A stretch of 64,000 bases of DNA from Bacillota bacterium (GTDB lineage: Bacteria; Bacillota; Desulfitobacteriia; Desulfitobacteriales; JAJXUE01). The notes under the pieces are model-generated. The model had not been told where the DNA came from, ran no database searches, and worked only from the letters and a program-made list of their open reading frames with translations. The translations under genes were made by a program, and so were the position numbers. This document shows, one piece after another, positions 17,388 through 28,900 of this stretch; the first letter of the stretch is position 1; the number at the start of each line of letters is the position of its first letter. The DNA is taken from contig JAJXUE010000003.1 of the NCBI GenBank assembly GCA_021783135.1, forward strand, positions 51,085 through 115,084, read 5' to 3'.

Positions 17388-18655
17388 ACACATATCCACT
17401 TCAGCTAGATCATGCATTACTCGCGATGGCAGAACGGACCGAAGCCAAGCTTAACCCTATGCGTGACCAACTTGCAGCAACAACTATGGCTAACCATCTT
17501 AAAATCCTGCAAGCCTTTCAAGCGGAGCGTATCCATGATTTTCATTTCACTGCAACTACTGGTTATGGACTCGGAGATGAGGGAAGAGACGCTTTGGATC
17601 GGGTATTTGCGCGAGTGTTCAAATGTGAGGCTGCACTTGTTCGCAGCCAAATCGTTTCTGGCACCCATGCTATTGCCTTATGTATGTTTGGTATCCTACG
17701 TCCGGGCGATGAATTGCTTGCCGTGACCGGAACCCCTTATGATACTTTAGAAGAATTAATAGGTCTACGCGGCAATGCCTCAGGTTCGCTGCGTGAATTA
17801 GGTGTAACCTACCGACAAGTTGATTTGGGCGAGGACGGAAGACCTAACCTCGCGGCGATAGCCCAAGCTATAACTTCAGCGACAAAAATGGTGACTATCC
17901 AACGTTCTAGGGGTTACGCTTGGCGCCAATCATTAGACATTGCCTCTATCCAAGCTATTGTCGCAGCGGTCAAACAGGTTAATCCAGAAGTTATCTGTTT
18001 TGTGGATAATTGTTATGGTGAGCTGGTTGAACAGCAAGAGCCCACCGAGGTTGGCGCAGATTTGGTAGCAGGTTCTCTAATTAAGAATTTAGGCGGTGGG
18101 CTTGCTCCTACTGGCGGTTATGTAGCCGGTCGCCGCGAATTAGTTAGTATGGCAGCCAATCGACTTACGGCCCCTGGCATCGGTGCTGCGGTGGGTGCTT
18201 CGTTAGGACTTAACCGGATTATACTTCAGGGTTTATATCTTGCCCCGGCAGTTGTCAGAGAAGCGTTAAACGGTGCAGTGTTCACTGCAGGTTTATTTGC
18301 GGAACTGGGCTTTGCGGTAAGCCCCAACTATGATGAATATAGGACTGACTTGATTCAGGCTATCAAACTTTCTTCTCCCGCAGCCTTAATAGCATTTTGC
18401 CAAGGGTTGCAAAAAGCTTCGCCGATTGACTCGCATGTCCTGCCTGAACCCTCAGGTATGCCAGGCTATGGTGATCAGGTAATTATGGCAGGCGGCACCT
18501 TTATCCAAGGTGCTACCAGCGAACTTTCCGCCGATGGACCACTACGTGAGCCTTATGCTGTGTATATGCAGGGCGGGCTGTCCTACCAATATATAAAAAT
18601 AGGTGCATTGTTTGCTGCCCAAAACTTAATTAATTCCAACTTACTGACAGTTTAA
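17384..18655 (+). CDS. Methionine gamma-lyase family / aluminium resistance protein (YnbB-like)
   Basis: [30 protein letters not shown]; follows hflX. Confidence 0.9.
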   Translation: MNTYPLQLDHALLAMAERTEAKLNPMRDQLAATTMANHLKILQAFQAERIHDFHFTATTGYGLGDEGRDALDRVFARVFKCEAALVRSQIVSGTHAIALCMFGILRPGDELLAVTGTPYDTLEELIGLRGNASGSLRELGVTYRQVDLGEDGRPNLAAIAQAITSATKMVTIQRSRGYAWRQSLDIASIQAIVAAVKQVNPEVICFVDNCYGELVEQQEPTEVGADLVAGSLIKNLGGGLAPTGGYVAGRRELVSMAANRLTAPGIGAAVGASLGLNRIILQGLYLAPAVVREALNGAVFTAGLFAELGFAVSPNYDEYRTDLIQAIKLSSPAALIAFCQGLQKASPIDSHVLPEPSGMPGYGDQVIMAGGTFIQGATSELSADGPLREPYAVYMQGGLSYQYIKIGALFAAQNLINSNLLTV

Positions 18656-18772
18656 ATCCTCTCAGTATAAAAAAATTGTCAGGTTTGCCGTAAATACTTT
18701 ACCTGAACTGGATTATAGTTTATGCTTATAATTGTTGACTTAGTCAACCCTATTAAGGAGGCAGATATCGTT

Positions 18773-19306
18773 TTGGAACAAGAACACAGCATGGGACGAT
18801 CGATACTTGAAGTAGTGGAAATAGTAGTTATTGCGCTCGTGCTTTCCTGGGTATTGCGCACGTTTGTTATTGAGGCCAGAGTGATCCCTACCGGATCGAT
18901 GCTTCCCACTATTCAACTGCAAGACAGAGTGGTCGTGGATAAACTATTTTTCAAATGGACCGGGATTCATCGCGACGACATTATCGTATTTCGTCCGCCC
19001 CCGCAAGCTAATTCGACTGAAGACTTTATTAAGCGGGTTATTGGCTTGCCGGGTGAAAAGTTGCAAATCAGGGATGGCAAAGTATTTATCAATGATAAGC
19101 CACTTTATGAACCTTTCGTGCTCGAGCCACCTAATTATCAATACGGTCCAGTGCTAATTCCTGCCAACGATTATTTCGTAATGGGAGACAATAGGAATAA
19201 CAGCGCTGATAGTCATGAATGGGGATTTCTGCCGTATGCAAATATAACTGGACGAGCCTTGTTTAGGTACTGGCCTTTAAATAGGTTTGGCCCGCTCGCC
19301 CGGTAA
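18773..19306 (+). CDS. lepB: Signal peptidase I
   Basis: GSMLPT, IKRVIGLPG, MGDNRNNSADS. Confidence 0.92.
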   Translation: MEQEHSMGRSILEVVEIVVIALVLSWVLRTFVIEARVIPTGSMLPTIQLQDRVVVDKLFFKWTGIHRDDIIVFRPPPQANSTEDFIKRVIGLPGEKLQIRDGKVFINDKPLYEPFVLEPPNYQYGPVLIPANDYFVMGDNRNNSADSHEWGFLPYANITGRALFRYWPLNRFGPLAR

Positions 19307-19311
19307 GAACG

Positions 19312-19347
19312 GAAAAAGGGAGATTCCATGTGGAATCTCCCTTTTTC
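19312..19347. terminator. Bidirectional terminator
   Basis: GAAAAAGGGAGATTCCA-TG-TGGAATCTCCCTTTTTC between convergent genes. Confidence 0.85.
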
Positions 19348-19367
19348 TGTTCTGGAGTTAGTTTTAA

Positions 19368-19652
19368 CTATAATTGAGCTTTAATTTGATTAAAGTGCGT
19401 CTTGACCGCTTGAACTTGTTGATCTTGTGCTTTAGCAGTGTTGTACCACCCGCGTTGATTCATGGCATTAAAAATGTCTTCATGAATTCGCTGCTCGTCT
19501 TGTTGGATACTCATAAGAGTCTGCCGTAAGTTTTGGCAATCAGTTTCAGTCACGAAAGTATTATACGCTGATGTCGTGTGCTTTTCTGTAGATAGGAGAT
19601 CGTTAATTAATTCCTGTTCGGTCATTTTTGTTTGGTGTTGATGTTGTTGCAT
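19368..19652 (-). CDS. Spore coat protein (CotF-like domain)
   Basis: DLLSTEKH...Y....TE....LR...IF.AM.QRGWY. Confidence 0.8.
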   Translation of the reverse strand: MQQHQHQTKMTEQELINDLLSTEKHTTSAYNTFVTETDCQNLRQTLMSIQQDEQRIHEDIFNAMNQRGWYNTAKAQDQQVQAVKTHFNQIKAQL

Positions 19653-19672
19653 GTTTAAGCCTCCTCGTGTAA

Positions 19673-19894
19673 TTACTGATGTGAATTCAGGTAGTCTAGC
19701 AGGGTTGTAAAGTGACTATGATGCTTCTCGGCAATAGAACTGCACAATTGTCCTAATTGCGGGTCGGTGCATAACTGGGAAGCTTGCTCATACTTGTGCA
19801 CTAAGAGCGCCTCATGGGTCAGCTCATCTTCCAAGATGGTAAGATTTTTACTACTGATTTTTTTGGCATCTGTTTGGTTCGTCATCGTGCTCAT
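19673..19894 (-). CDS. Small spore coat-associated ferritin-like protein
   Basis: L.ILED.L.HE.L..KY...CTDPQL..H..HF..LL.YL; RBS GAGGAGG. Confidence 0.7.
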   Translation of the reverse strand: MSTMTNQTDAKKISSKNLTILEDELTHEALLVHKYEQASQLCTDPQLGQLCSSIAEKHHSHFTTLLDYLNSHQ

Positions 19895-20002
19895 TAATGT
19901 TACCTCCTCAAGCCTGTTTTTGGGCCTTCTCAAAGCTTAGTTTTGGCAAAATTCAACTTAATTATGGCAAGAAATATTTTCTTTTTTGCGAGGAGAAGAC
20001 AT

Positions 20003-20488
20003 ATGCGAGACTTGCAATTTATCAGTCATATCGAAGAACATAACGGAATCAATGAAGCAATTTGGTTGCTTGAACAAAGGGTTGCTGAGGGAGCCGGGGA
20101 TAAAGCAACTTATCTAAGATTACTTTTTCTCTATTGGTACATGCAAAGTGAGCCGGACTACTTAACCAATAATCTCCATGAACGTAATTGGTCGGAATAC
20201 TTTCTGGCTTTTATAGCAGAGTGTTCGAGTCTGCACGATGATGTTGATTACAATTGGTTAGTTGGCTATCTATTATGCATGGGGAATTTTGCGGCCAATC
20301 AGCAAGTCAGAGGCGAAGCGATGTTGAGCAAAGCGTGGAAGCTGGCACCAGATGATTTTTTGGTGCACAAAGCATTAGCACTCACCGGGTTCACCGCGGC
20401 GAACGTAGTGCCGAATGCAGGGGATTGGGATTTGCGCCTAGCTGATTGGGGCATGTTGGGGGATTATGTGCGGCAAGTTTTTACTTGA
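20003..20488 (+). CDS. Hypothetical helical protein
   Basis: RBS GAGGAG + ATG; no recognised motif. Confidence 0.6.
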   Translation: MRDLQFISHIEEHNGINEAIWLLEQRVAEGAGDKATYLRLLFLYWYMQSEPDYLTNNLHERNWSEYFLAFIAECSSLHDDVDYNWLVGYLLCMGNFAANQQVRGEAMLSKAWKLAPDDFLVHKALALTGFTAANVVPNAGDWDLRLADWGMLGDYVRQVFT

Positions 20489-20541
20489 TGCAGCAAAAAA
20501 CTCCAGCTAAGCAAAATAATCACTCAACTGGAGTTTCTAAT

Positions 20542-20988
20542 TTAAGCCTCAGGCAAACTTAAATCTTTTTCTTGGATATAGTCCATTAGAAGCTTAGCTG
20601 TGCCTCCGGTCAATTTTAGACATCGCCTCAAGTGTTCAGGTGAATCGAACTCATGTTGATTCAAAACGCGGCAACACGTAGCACCATTTTCTTGTTTGAA
20701 TCGGTCATGGAATTCTTTGGCCAAAGCATAAATCGGTTCCCGATCTTGTTCAGAACCTGTCCTGCCTTCAAACATACCCAATACCATGACCGAACCGGTC
20801 AAAGCGCCACACATGCATCCGGCATGCCCTAAGCCCCCGCCAAAGCCGGAAGCCATCTTGACCACTGTCGGACTAAACGGCTTATCCAGCAGTGAGTTAA
20901 ATGCCTCGAGCACAGATTCGGCACAGTTAAAGCCTGACTTGAAATTATTGCCTGCTCTATTCCGCGCCTCGAGCGATAAATCCTCCAT
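20542..20988 (-). CDS. C_GCAxxG_C_C family redox protein
   Basis: FNCAESV, GFGGG...CGALTG, TCC, RC. Confidence 0.88.
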   Translation of the reverse strand: MEDLSLEARNRAGNNFKSGFNCAESVLEAFNSLLDKPFSPTVVKMASGFGGGLGHAGCMCGALTGSVMVLGMFEGRTGSEQDREPIYALAKEFHDRFKQENGATCCRVLNQHEFDSPEHLRRCLKLTGGTAKLLMDYIQEKDLSLPEA

Positions 20989-21178
20989 GGTTACCCCTCC
21001 TCTAGCATATTCTGGGATTGCATACAACTATTATACATTGGTGTAAGTTTTCTGACTATGGCTAAATAGCAAGGTGGAATGAGAAAAGTCGATAAAATGA
21101 ATATCCATAAGGACATAGAAATAAAAAATAGAGTATAGTATTCATGTGGTCTATATTTAGTGGTAGAGGAGAAGAATT

Positions 21179-22276
21179 ATGGCAAAGTTAATTGTTGGTG
21201 TTATTTTTGGTGGTCAATCCGGTGAACACGAGGTATCGCTAAATTCAGCTGTTTCAGTGATTAACGCCCTTGATAGACTAAAATATGAAGTAGTTCCAAT
21301 TGGCATATCTAAGGAAGGTAAATGGGTACTAGGCACAAATCCTGACCAGGTATTGGCCGATGGCGATTTTGCGGCACAGCTGGTTCCTGTTGCCCTATCG
21401 ACAGACCCGAGTCATGCTGGTTTAATTTCTTTAGCCGGTGATCACGAGTTTACCCAAATTGACGTTGTCTTTCCGGTCTTGCACGGCACGTATGGCGAGG
21501 ATGGCTCAATTCAGGGGCTACTCGAATTGGCCGATATTCCTTATGTTGGGGCAGGAGTACTTGGTTCAGCTGTTGGTATGGACAAGATAATTATGAAGAA
21601 CCTTTTTGCTCAGGCAGGCTTGGATCAAGCTGAATACTTATCCTTTACTAGAAAGGAGTGGGAGACTAAGTCAGCTGAGGTCCTTGACCAAATTGAAGTT
21701 GGGTTAGGCTACCCTTGCTTTGTTAAGCCGGCAAATTTAGGCTCCAGTGTGGGGATTAGCAAAGCCCATGACAGGGAGTCCTTGCAGCACGCCCTTGCAC
21801 TTGCCGCACAATTTGACCGCCGCATTGTGGTAGAGGAATTTATTGCAGGGCGCGAAATTGAAGTGAGTATCCTGGGAAATGATGTTCCGGTCGCTTCCTT
21901 GCCAGGTGAAATCCTGCCATGTAATGAATTTTATGACTACAAGGCCAAATATATTGACGGCAACTCTGGTCTGGTCATTCCGGCTAAACTGCCTCAAAGT
22001 ATAACTGAATCGGTACGTGAGTCGGCTATTAAAGCGTTTAACTCGCTTGATTGCGCCGGTTTAGCTAGGGCAGATTTCTTTGTAACTACCAAGGAAAATA
22101 GAGTTTTAATTAATGAGATTAACACCATGCCCGGCTTTACGCAAATTAGCATGTATCCCAAGTTGTGGGAGGCTTCGGGCCTTACATATCCAAATTTGCT
22201 GGATAAACTAATTGAGCTAGCCTTGGAAAGGCATGCTGAAAAAAATAAGCGCAAAACTTCCTTTGAGTTGGAATAG
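21179..22276 (+). CDS. ddl: D-alanine--D-alanine ligase
   Basis: [42 protein letters not shown]. Confidence 0.96.
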   Translation: MAKLIVGVIFGGQSGEHEVSLNSAVSVINALDRLKYEVVPIGISKEGKWVLGTNPDQVLADGDFAAQLVPVALSTDPSHAGLISLAGDHEFTQIDVVFPVLHGTYGEDGSIQGLLELADIPYVGAGVLGSAVGMDKIIMKNLFAQAGLDQAEYLSFTRKEWETKSAEVLDQIEVGLGYPCFVKPANLGSSVGISKAHDRESLQHALALAAQFDRRIVVEEFIAGREIEVSILGNDVPVASLPGEILPCNEFYDYKAKYIDGNSGLVIPAKLPQSITESVRESAIKAFNSLDCAGLARADFFVTTKENRVLINEINTMPGFTQISMYPKLWEASGLTYPNLLDKLIELALERHAEKNKRKTSFELE

Positions 22277-22451
22277 CCCAGGCAACACCTGGGGAGTACT
22301 AGCGAAGCTGTCACCACCTGCAAAGTAGATGGTGCTATGAGGGTGCTATGATGATGGTGCTAGATGGGAAATTTATTTTTCTACATCCTTAATGCACTTT
22401 TTGTTCCATTACTATGCTAAGCTCCGTTTAACTTTACAGGGAGGTGGTGTT

Positions 22452-23180
22452 ATGTCAATTAAAATTGCCATTTGCGACGACATGGCGGAGGATACCGAGC
22501 GGTTGTCAGGTGCACTTTATACCTACGACCCTTCCTTTGAGATTGTCACCTATACCAATGGAGAGACACTTATCGATGATTTCCGTGATTCCGGCCTCTC
22601 CGCCGACATTCTTTTTCTGGACATCTATATGCCCGAAATCGACGGTATAAAGACGGCGCAGAGTTTACGCGGCGAGCGAAAGGATCTCAAAATTATTTTC
22701 ATTTCGTCGAGTAAGGAGCACTATCCGCAGGCGTATGAAGTGTTTGCCTTCAATTATATCCTGAAACCATTGGACAGAGAACGATTGTACAACGTGCTGG
22801 ATCGCGCCATTGACGAAATCAGCAGAGAACGCAGCCACAAAATTCACTTCAGTTACAAATCTGTCGCCTACAGTGTGGACTGCCGCGATATCCTGTATCT
22901 AGAAAGCAGGGACAAACTCATGCTGTTCCACCTGGCAGACGGAAGCACCTCGCAGTGCTATGGGAAACTGGACGGGATTGCCGAAGAGCTGCCGTTGCAG
23001 TCCTTTATCCGCTGCCACCAGAGCTTTATCGTCAATACTTCTTACATCAGCGAAATGGGGGAAAATCACTTCCGTGTCGGACAGGTTGTGATCGGCATTT
23101 CCAAAAAGTATTTGAAGTCTGCCAAAGATCAATATTATGCCTACTTATTTTCGCATATGGGCAGAGGATCGTTGGGATGA
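22452..23180 (+). CDS. LytTR-family response regulator
   Basis: IAICDD, FLDIYM, YILKP, FIRCHQSFIVN. Confidence 0.92.
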   Translation: MSIKIAICDDMAEDTERLSGALYTYDPSFEIVTYTNGETLIDDFRDSGLSADILFLDIYMPEIDGIKTAQSLRGERKDLKIIFISSSKEHYPQAYEVFAFNYILKPLDRERLYNVLDRAIDEISRERSHKIHFSYKSVAYSVDCRDILYLESRDKLMLFHLADGSTSQCYGKLDGIAEELPLQSFIRCHQSFIVNTSYISEMGENHFRVGQVVIGISKKYLKSAKDQYYAYLFSHMGRGSLG

Positions 23181-25159
23181 TTGAAGCAAAACATACGAAA
23201 GCCCACCTGATTGCGGGATTGATCTTCGTGATCATATTCAGCCACCTACCGGTTATGTACACCCTGTTTTATCATCAGTTGACCGGCGCTTCGACCGCGG
23301 CAGGTGGAAGCATTAATCTAACGGGGCTTTCCCCAGCCCGGAAAATCGTTCTGGACGGGAAGTGGGAATTTTATTGGAACCGCCTGATTGACGGCGAATC
23401 AAAGCAGGCTGACAAGCCGGATTTCCTCATCAGAGTGCCGGGTTATTGGTCGAAGTACAAAATCAACGGCAAGTGGCTGCCCGCGAGCGGGTTCGCAAGC
23501 TATCGCCTCACGCTGCAAGGGCTTGACTATCCCCGTCCCGTTACTGTCTACCTACCTGATTTTGGCAGCGCCTACCGGGTATTCATCGATGGCGTGCCGG
23601 CCGCGGAAAGTGGTATCCTGGCGAAGGACACCCAAAAAATATTTACGGTTCCCGAGGCGAAACTCTACCCGGTGACGCTGACTGCGGGAGAAACGCACGA
23701 GGTGGTCATCGAGGCGGCGAGCACGCGCTTTTCCGGACTGTACATGGCCCCTGTTCTAGAGGATTACGGTCGTGCCATCCAGGAAGAAAGCGCCCGGGAC
23801 AATATCCGGTTTATACTGTTCGGAACCGTGCTGTTTTCCTTTTTCGTTCTAAGCGTCATCTACAAGCTGTCCTTCCGCAAAGGGATACGCTCCGCCTGGC
23901 TGCCGGTGATGATCTTCTTCGTGCTTTTGCGCCTGATGCTGACCACGGAGTTCTACAGTTTCTGGCAGAAAACCGTATTTTTCAATCTCTCCTACGAAGC
24001 CAGCAACGGGCTGATGTTTTTTGCCACCTTCGCGCTTAAATTCCTACTGATTTTTCTGGTCCAGGAGCAATTCGGGATCGCTTTTTCCCGCAAGGAAAAG
24101 GGGTTCTTTTTCCTTTACTATACAATTATCTACCTCATGTACCTGTTCATCCCGCACGGGGTGTACAACCGGCATCTGACGATTGCACTGCCCGTCGCCA
24201 CCTTTGCCTTAGAGTTCTACTCCTTTTTTAAGGTCTACTTCGGCCGGCAGCAACTGAAAAAATACGGCTTGCTGATTTACTGGGGCGTTGTCCTGGCCAT
24301 TTCCGGACTGATCATGGACTGCTATTTTATCAACGGCAACATTTATCCTAATGTGTCGCTGGCCTTGCTCGTTTCGCTCTCGGCTTACCTGATGATCCTT
24401 AGCCTGGCGTACGCCTTGCGTACTGCGGACGTGTACAACGATTTGGCCTTATCTTCTTCCCGGCTGGCGCTGGCCAAGAGCCAGATTACCATGCAGAAGG
24501 AATACTATGACACCTTAAGCGGGCAGATGAACGAGATCCGCGCGATCAGGCATGACCTGCGCCACTTTGTCGGTGTGATCAGGGGGCTGGCCGAGGAAGG
24601 GCGCTATGCCGAACTGGAACGGTTTGTGAGCGAATATGCGGAAAAGAGCGAAACCGATCCGCTGTCGTTCTTTTGCGAAAATGTCGTGGCAAATTCCATT
24701 TTGGGGTATTACTCCTTGCAGGCCAAGGAAAACGGCATTTCATTTCACTGCGCCTGTAGTATCCCAAACCAGCTTGCCATGAGCGACAGCGATCTTTGTG
24801 TCGTTTTGGGCAATGCCTTGGAAAACGCGATTGAGGCGTGCGGAAATCTGAAAAATCCCGAGGCGCGGTTCCTAACGGCGGAAGCGCGAACCGTCAACAG
24901 CCAGTTACTTTTAAAAATCGAAAATGCCTATAACGGACGCCTGAACATCCAAGACGGAGGCTATCGCTCAACCAAGAGCGGAGAATTTCACGGGATGGGC
25001 CTGCAGAATATCACAAAGGTCGTGGAAGCCTGCGGGGGATTCGTCAAAACTCAACACTGCGGCAAGGTTTTCACCCTGATGGCCGCGTTCCCCAATCCTT
25101 GCGCTGCGGAGGAGAGCCAGAGCGTGAGTCAGCCGGATGCTGCCATGCGCATATCATAA
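23177..25159 (+). CDS. GHKL sensor histidine kinase with 7TM-DISM-like input domain
   Basis: LDGKWEFYWN..G.ASYRL extracellular domain, 7 TM helices, RHDLRH, GNALENAIEA, HGMGL. Confidence 0.85.
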   Translation: MIEAKHTKAHLIAGLIFVIIFSHLPVMYTLFYHQLTGASTAAGGSINLTGLSPARKIVLDGKWEFYWNRLIDGESKQADKPDFLIRVPGYWSKYKINGKWLPASGFASYRLTLQGLDYPRPVTVYLPDFGSAYRVFIDGVPAAESGILAKDTQKIFTVPEAKLYPVTLTAGETHEVVIEAASTRFSGLYMAPVLEDYGRAIQEESARDNIRFILFGTVLFSFFVLSVIYKLSFRKGIRSAWLPVMIFFVLLRLMLTTEFYSFWQKTVFFNLSYEASNGLMFFATFALKFLLIFLVQEQFGIAFSRKEKGFFFLYYTIIYLMYLFIPHGVYNRHLTIALPVATFALEFYSFFKVYFGRQQLKKYGLLIYWGVVLAISGLIMDCYFINGNIYPNVSLALLVSLSAYLMILSLAYALRTADVYNDLALSSSRLALAKSQITMQKEYYDTLSGQMNEIRAIRHDLRHFVGVIRGLAEEGRYAELERFVSEYAEKSETDPLSFFCENVVANSILGYYSLQAKENGISFHCACSIPNQLAMSDSDLCVVLGNALENAIEACGNLKNPEARFLTAEARTVNSQLLLKIENAYNGRLNIQDGGYRSTKSGEFHGMGLQNITKVVEACGGFVKTQHCGKVFTLMAAFPNPCAAEESQSVSQPDAAMRIS

Positions 25160-25173
25160 AGCACGGATTCTTT

Positions 25174-25201
25174 ACCCTGCAAGATGCTTTGCAGGGTCTT
25201 T
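25174..25201 (+). terminator. Terminator
   Basis: ACCCTGCAA...TTGCAGGGT + T-tract. Confidence 0.6.
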
Positions 25202-25207
25202 ATATAC

Positions 25208-25273
25208 CAATTTCGGCTAAAAAAGGGTCAATTTCGCTATTTTCCACGCCGCCGACAGTTTTTTATGTATAAT
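25208..25273 (+). promoter_or_regulatory. LytTR-type direct repeat with -10 box
   Basis: CAATTTCG at 25208 and 25229 (21-bp period), TATAAT at 25268-25273, no consensus -35. Confidence 0.5.
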
Positions 25274-25290
25274 AAATAAGGGTGATCGGA

Positions 25291-25623
25291 ATGCATTATT
25301 GGCTTTATCCGCAAATAAATCAGACCCGGATTTTCACGGAGAAAAACAGCCAAAGCAAAATTCCGTACTGTACCATCAAAAGAATGCAGGAGCTGTATCC
25401 CGGCGGAGACTTTGTCATTATCGGAGAAATCGGGAACTTTGCGGCAGTACTTGGCGATCAGGATGTGCTTCTGACAGGCGCAGGCAAAGCGATCCCCATA
25501 TTTCCCAGGGGGAGCCTGATGAAACCTTTGGAGTGGATCGCGGGGTATGTTGCGGTGGGGGAGAATACCTATGTCGCTGCGGTCAGGAGTATAACTCCCA
25601 CTTTCCTCCGTCGCCGGAAGTGA
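25291..25623 (+). CDS. Hypothetical protein
   Basis: ORF with island-like codon usage downstream of the LytTR-type promoter. Confidence 0.6.
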   Translation: MHYWLYPQINQTRIFTEKNSQSKIPYCTIKRMQELYPGGDFVIIGEIGNFAAVLGDQDVLLTGAGKAIPIFPRGSLMKPLEWIAGYVAVGENTYVAAVRSITPTFLRRRK

Positions 25624-25958
25624 AGATTGTCACACACCTGTTATAAAAATCAATCGCATATTATGACAAATGCCCGTAAGCTCCCTGTTGCAGGCTTTTA
25701 GGCCTAATGATTCTTTCTATGTAAAGTCACGAGAAAATGAGCCATTGAAATAATAACAATGAAGCCAAGGGGTGAGGTTTAAGTGCGTTCGCTGCCAAAC
25801 AAGAAAATAGTGAAACAGACGTACAAGAAATAAGTTGAATGCAATATCGCAGCTGGATATCAATCCTATGATCATGGGCGCAAGTCAGGGTAGTTTTTCT
25901 TAAGTACAGATAACAAGCTAGGAATGCTCCAATGAAAATTAAAAACGGAGGCGTGAAG

Positions 25959-28900
25959 ATGAGGAACAAATATGTAGCCCTAGCCATGGTGGTGGCATTG
26001 TGTTTTTTAACGTTTTTGCCGGGTTATACCCCCAACGCTATGGCGAATACGAATCCCTATACCTATGATATATCACAGGGGAATATCACTATATCGGCGG
26101 GTACGACTTCCGGCACTATCCAAGTTCAGTATGGCAGCGGACAGACTGTCAATATCACAACTAGCCAGTCAATCACCATAATAGACAGCAGTCCAAGCAC
26201 CCCAACGGCAAATTGTGTGACGGTAGATGTAAACCTTGGCACCTTAAATATTACCCTAGAAGACGTCAACATCTCCGGAACCTCGCCGTTTTCGATAGGG
26301 TCTGGAACGAATGTAGATTTGACGCTTGTTGGCCAAAATACCCTGAACGCTGACAGTATTGGGTATCCGGGCCTTAACATAGGGCCGGGCTCCACCCTTG
26401 AGGTAACTGCTGCCAGCACAGGTTCCCTTACGGCCTTAGGCGGCAGCGCTTCCAGCAGTGGCGCCGGCATCGGCGGAGGCGGAAACTCATCAAACGGCGG
26501 CGGCAACTGCGGTACAGTGACCATCAACGGGGGTACAGTCACGGCCATAGGCGGCAGCGGTACCCAAGGTGGCGCCGGCATCGGCGGAGGCGGAGGCCTG
26601 GACAACGGTGGCAGCGGCGGCACAGTGACCATCAACGGGGGCACGGTCACGGCCACAGGCGGCAGCGGAGGTGGTGCCGGCATCGGGGGAGGCGGAGGCG
26701 GCTACGTCCTTAGCGTAGGCACGTTGACCATTAACGGCGGTTCGGTAAAGGCAAGCTCCATTCAGCCCACCGTGTATGACAGCAGCAACAACCAAGAATA
26801 TCCTGTCACAATATCGGGTCTGCCGGCTTCTGCCGGCATGTCGTATTCAGTCAACGGGGGAAGCTCTGTTTCCTGCTCGACGGATGCAAGCAACAACCTC
26901 TATCTCTGGCTGCCCCAGACGACGGGCCCCGCGGACACCGTTTTAATTACATCCAGCGGTACCCAATATTTAGCCTCCGTCGCGGTCTCAGATACAAGTG
27001 CCAATAATTTTACAGCTAAGGTACTTCCGGCTGTAACGACAAATACGGCAACAAATATAACAAGCAGCGGTGCCACATTAAATGGGACAATCAACGCCAA
27101 TGGAGACAGTACAACCGTAACCTTTGACTACGGCACTTCAACAAGTTATGGAAGCACAACACCAGCCAGCCTAAGCCCGGTGACAGGTTCAACCGATACA
27201 ACTGTGAGTGCTGTTATTACAGGTCTGCTACCGAATACGACCTATCATTACAGAGTAGAAGGAGTAAATTCAGGTGGGACGACAGACGGCTTAGACGAAA
27301 CATTTACCACCCTTGCAGTGCCAATTTCAGACTTTGCAATTACGGCAAAGACCAGCAGCACAGCGACATTCACCTGGACGGCAGCCAGCGGGGCGACAGG
27401 TATTATCATCCAGCAGTCGCCGAGCGGAGCCAACACTTGGACGACGGCAAGCACAATTGCAGGGTCGATAGCAGTTGATTCTGCAACAGCCACGGTACCA
27501 GGTCTTAGCCCAGCGACTGGTTATGACTTTAAGTTGGCGGTGACTGGCGGTGCAAACGCGGGGAATTCCGATTCAGTCACTGTAACCACTGATGCCGCAC
27601 CACCTACCCCAATTCTCACTGACCTTACCTTAAGCGGAACAATCCCTAATCTCTCTGTCGGGCAAGCAGTCTATAATCTCAATAATCTCAGCCTGAGCGG
27701 AACGGATCAGTTCGGTGCTCCTTTCGGCCTCAGCGGTCAGACCGTACAGTGGAATCTGGCTTCAGGAAATTCGTATGCCAGTCTGACAGGCAGTACCTTG
27801 ACTCCGTTGAACACCGGTTCCGGCACGGTGACCGCTACTATCTATGGTGTCACGAGCAACGGTCTAGGATTTATTGTCATCGCTCCGAGTCATTCGGGCG
27901 GCGGTGGTGGCTCACATGGTTCATCACTCATATCACCAACATCAAGCACTGTCACCGGATCAGTCAGTAACGGTACGACAGGAGCTAATATTGCCAATAT
28001 TACCGCTACTATAACCACAGACGCCAGCGGCAATGACACCGTTTCCATGAATGCCGGACAACTTGCTGTGCTTAGGGAGCCGGACGGAACAACCAGTCCC
28101 TTAAGCGATCTTACTCAGGTAGGCTTCACCAGCTCTACAGGAAAATCGGTGCCGATTGCCGCGGACGGGACAGTCCAGATGGCGGGTCTGGCCAGGGGAA
28201 CCGACAATAACTACAACATCACCTATGATTTGGGCAACGGGCAAACGATAACGATCGGCACCCTGGAAATCAAGATAGACAGCGGCGGCAATGTCACCCT
28301 ATCTGAAAACTTAATTGATCCCTATGGCCTGATCACGGATGCGGCAACCGGCAAAACTCTGGCGGGAGTTAATGTCACCTTGTACTATGCCGACACCGCC
28401 CGGAACAAGGCGGCGGGCAAAAGTCCGAATACCGCTGTCGCCCTGCCCGGCATCGCCGGATTCAAGCCCAACAATAACCATGATCCCCAGACAAGTGATG
28501 TGAACGGAGCTTATGGGTTTATGGTCTTCCCTGATACGGATTACTACATCGTTGCCACCAAATACGGGTATGTTCAATACACCAGCCCGACCATTTCCGT
28601 GGGCCATGAAATCGTGCATTGGGACTTCAAGATGAGTCCTGCCTCCGGAGTGACCAGACAGGCGGGGCAGAGTCGGGTGGATACAGCCCTGGCCATCGCG
28701 AAAGCGGAATACCCGGGTAAGATTGAGAATGCCGTCCTGACCATAGCGGACACCTATCCGGATGCCTTGGCCGGAAGTGTTCTAGCCTACCAAATGAACG
28801 CGCCCATTCTCCTTGTGGAAAATTCGACCGCGGAGCAGGCTAAAGTATTAACTTATCTAAAAGATAACCTAGACACTGCGGGAACCGTATACATTCTCGG

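Noticed and set aside
25660-25800. Possible c-di-GMP riboswitch upstream of the CWB2 gene
   Set aside because: Only fragments match (GGCCTAA...CTATG; ACAATGAAG); core conserved motifs are absent. cmscan would settle it.
26126-26795. Pro-rich antisense ORFs
   Set aside because: They are shadows of the Gly-rich GGC repeats in the CWB2 gene.
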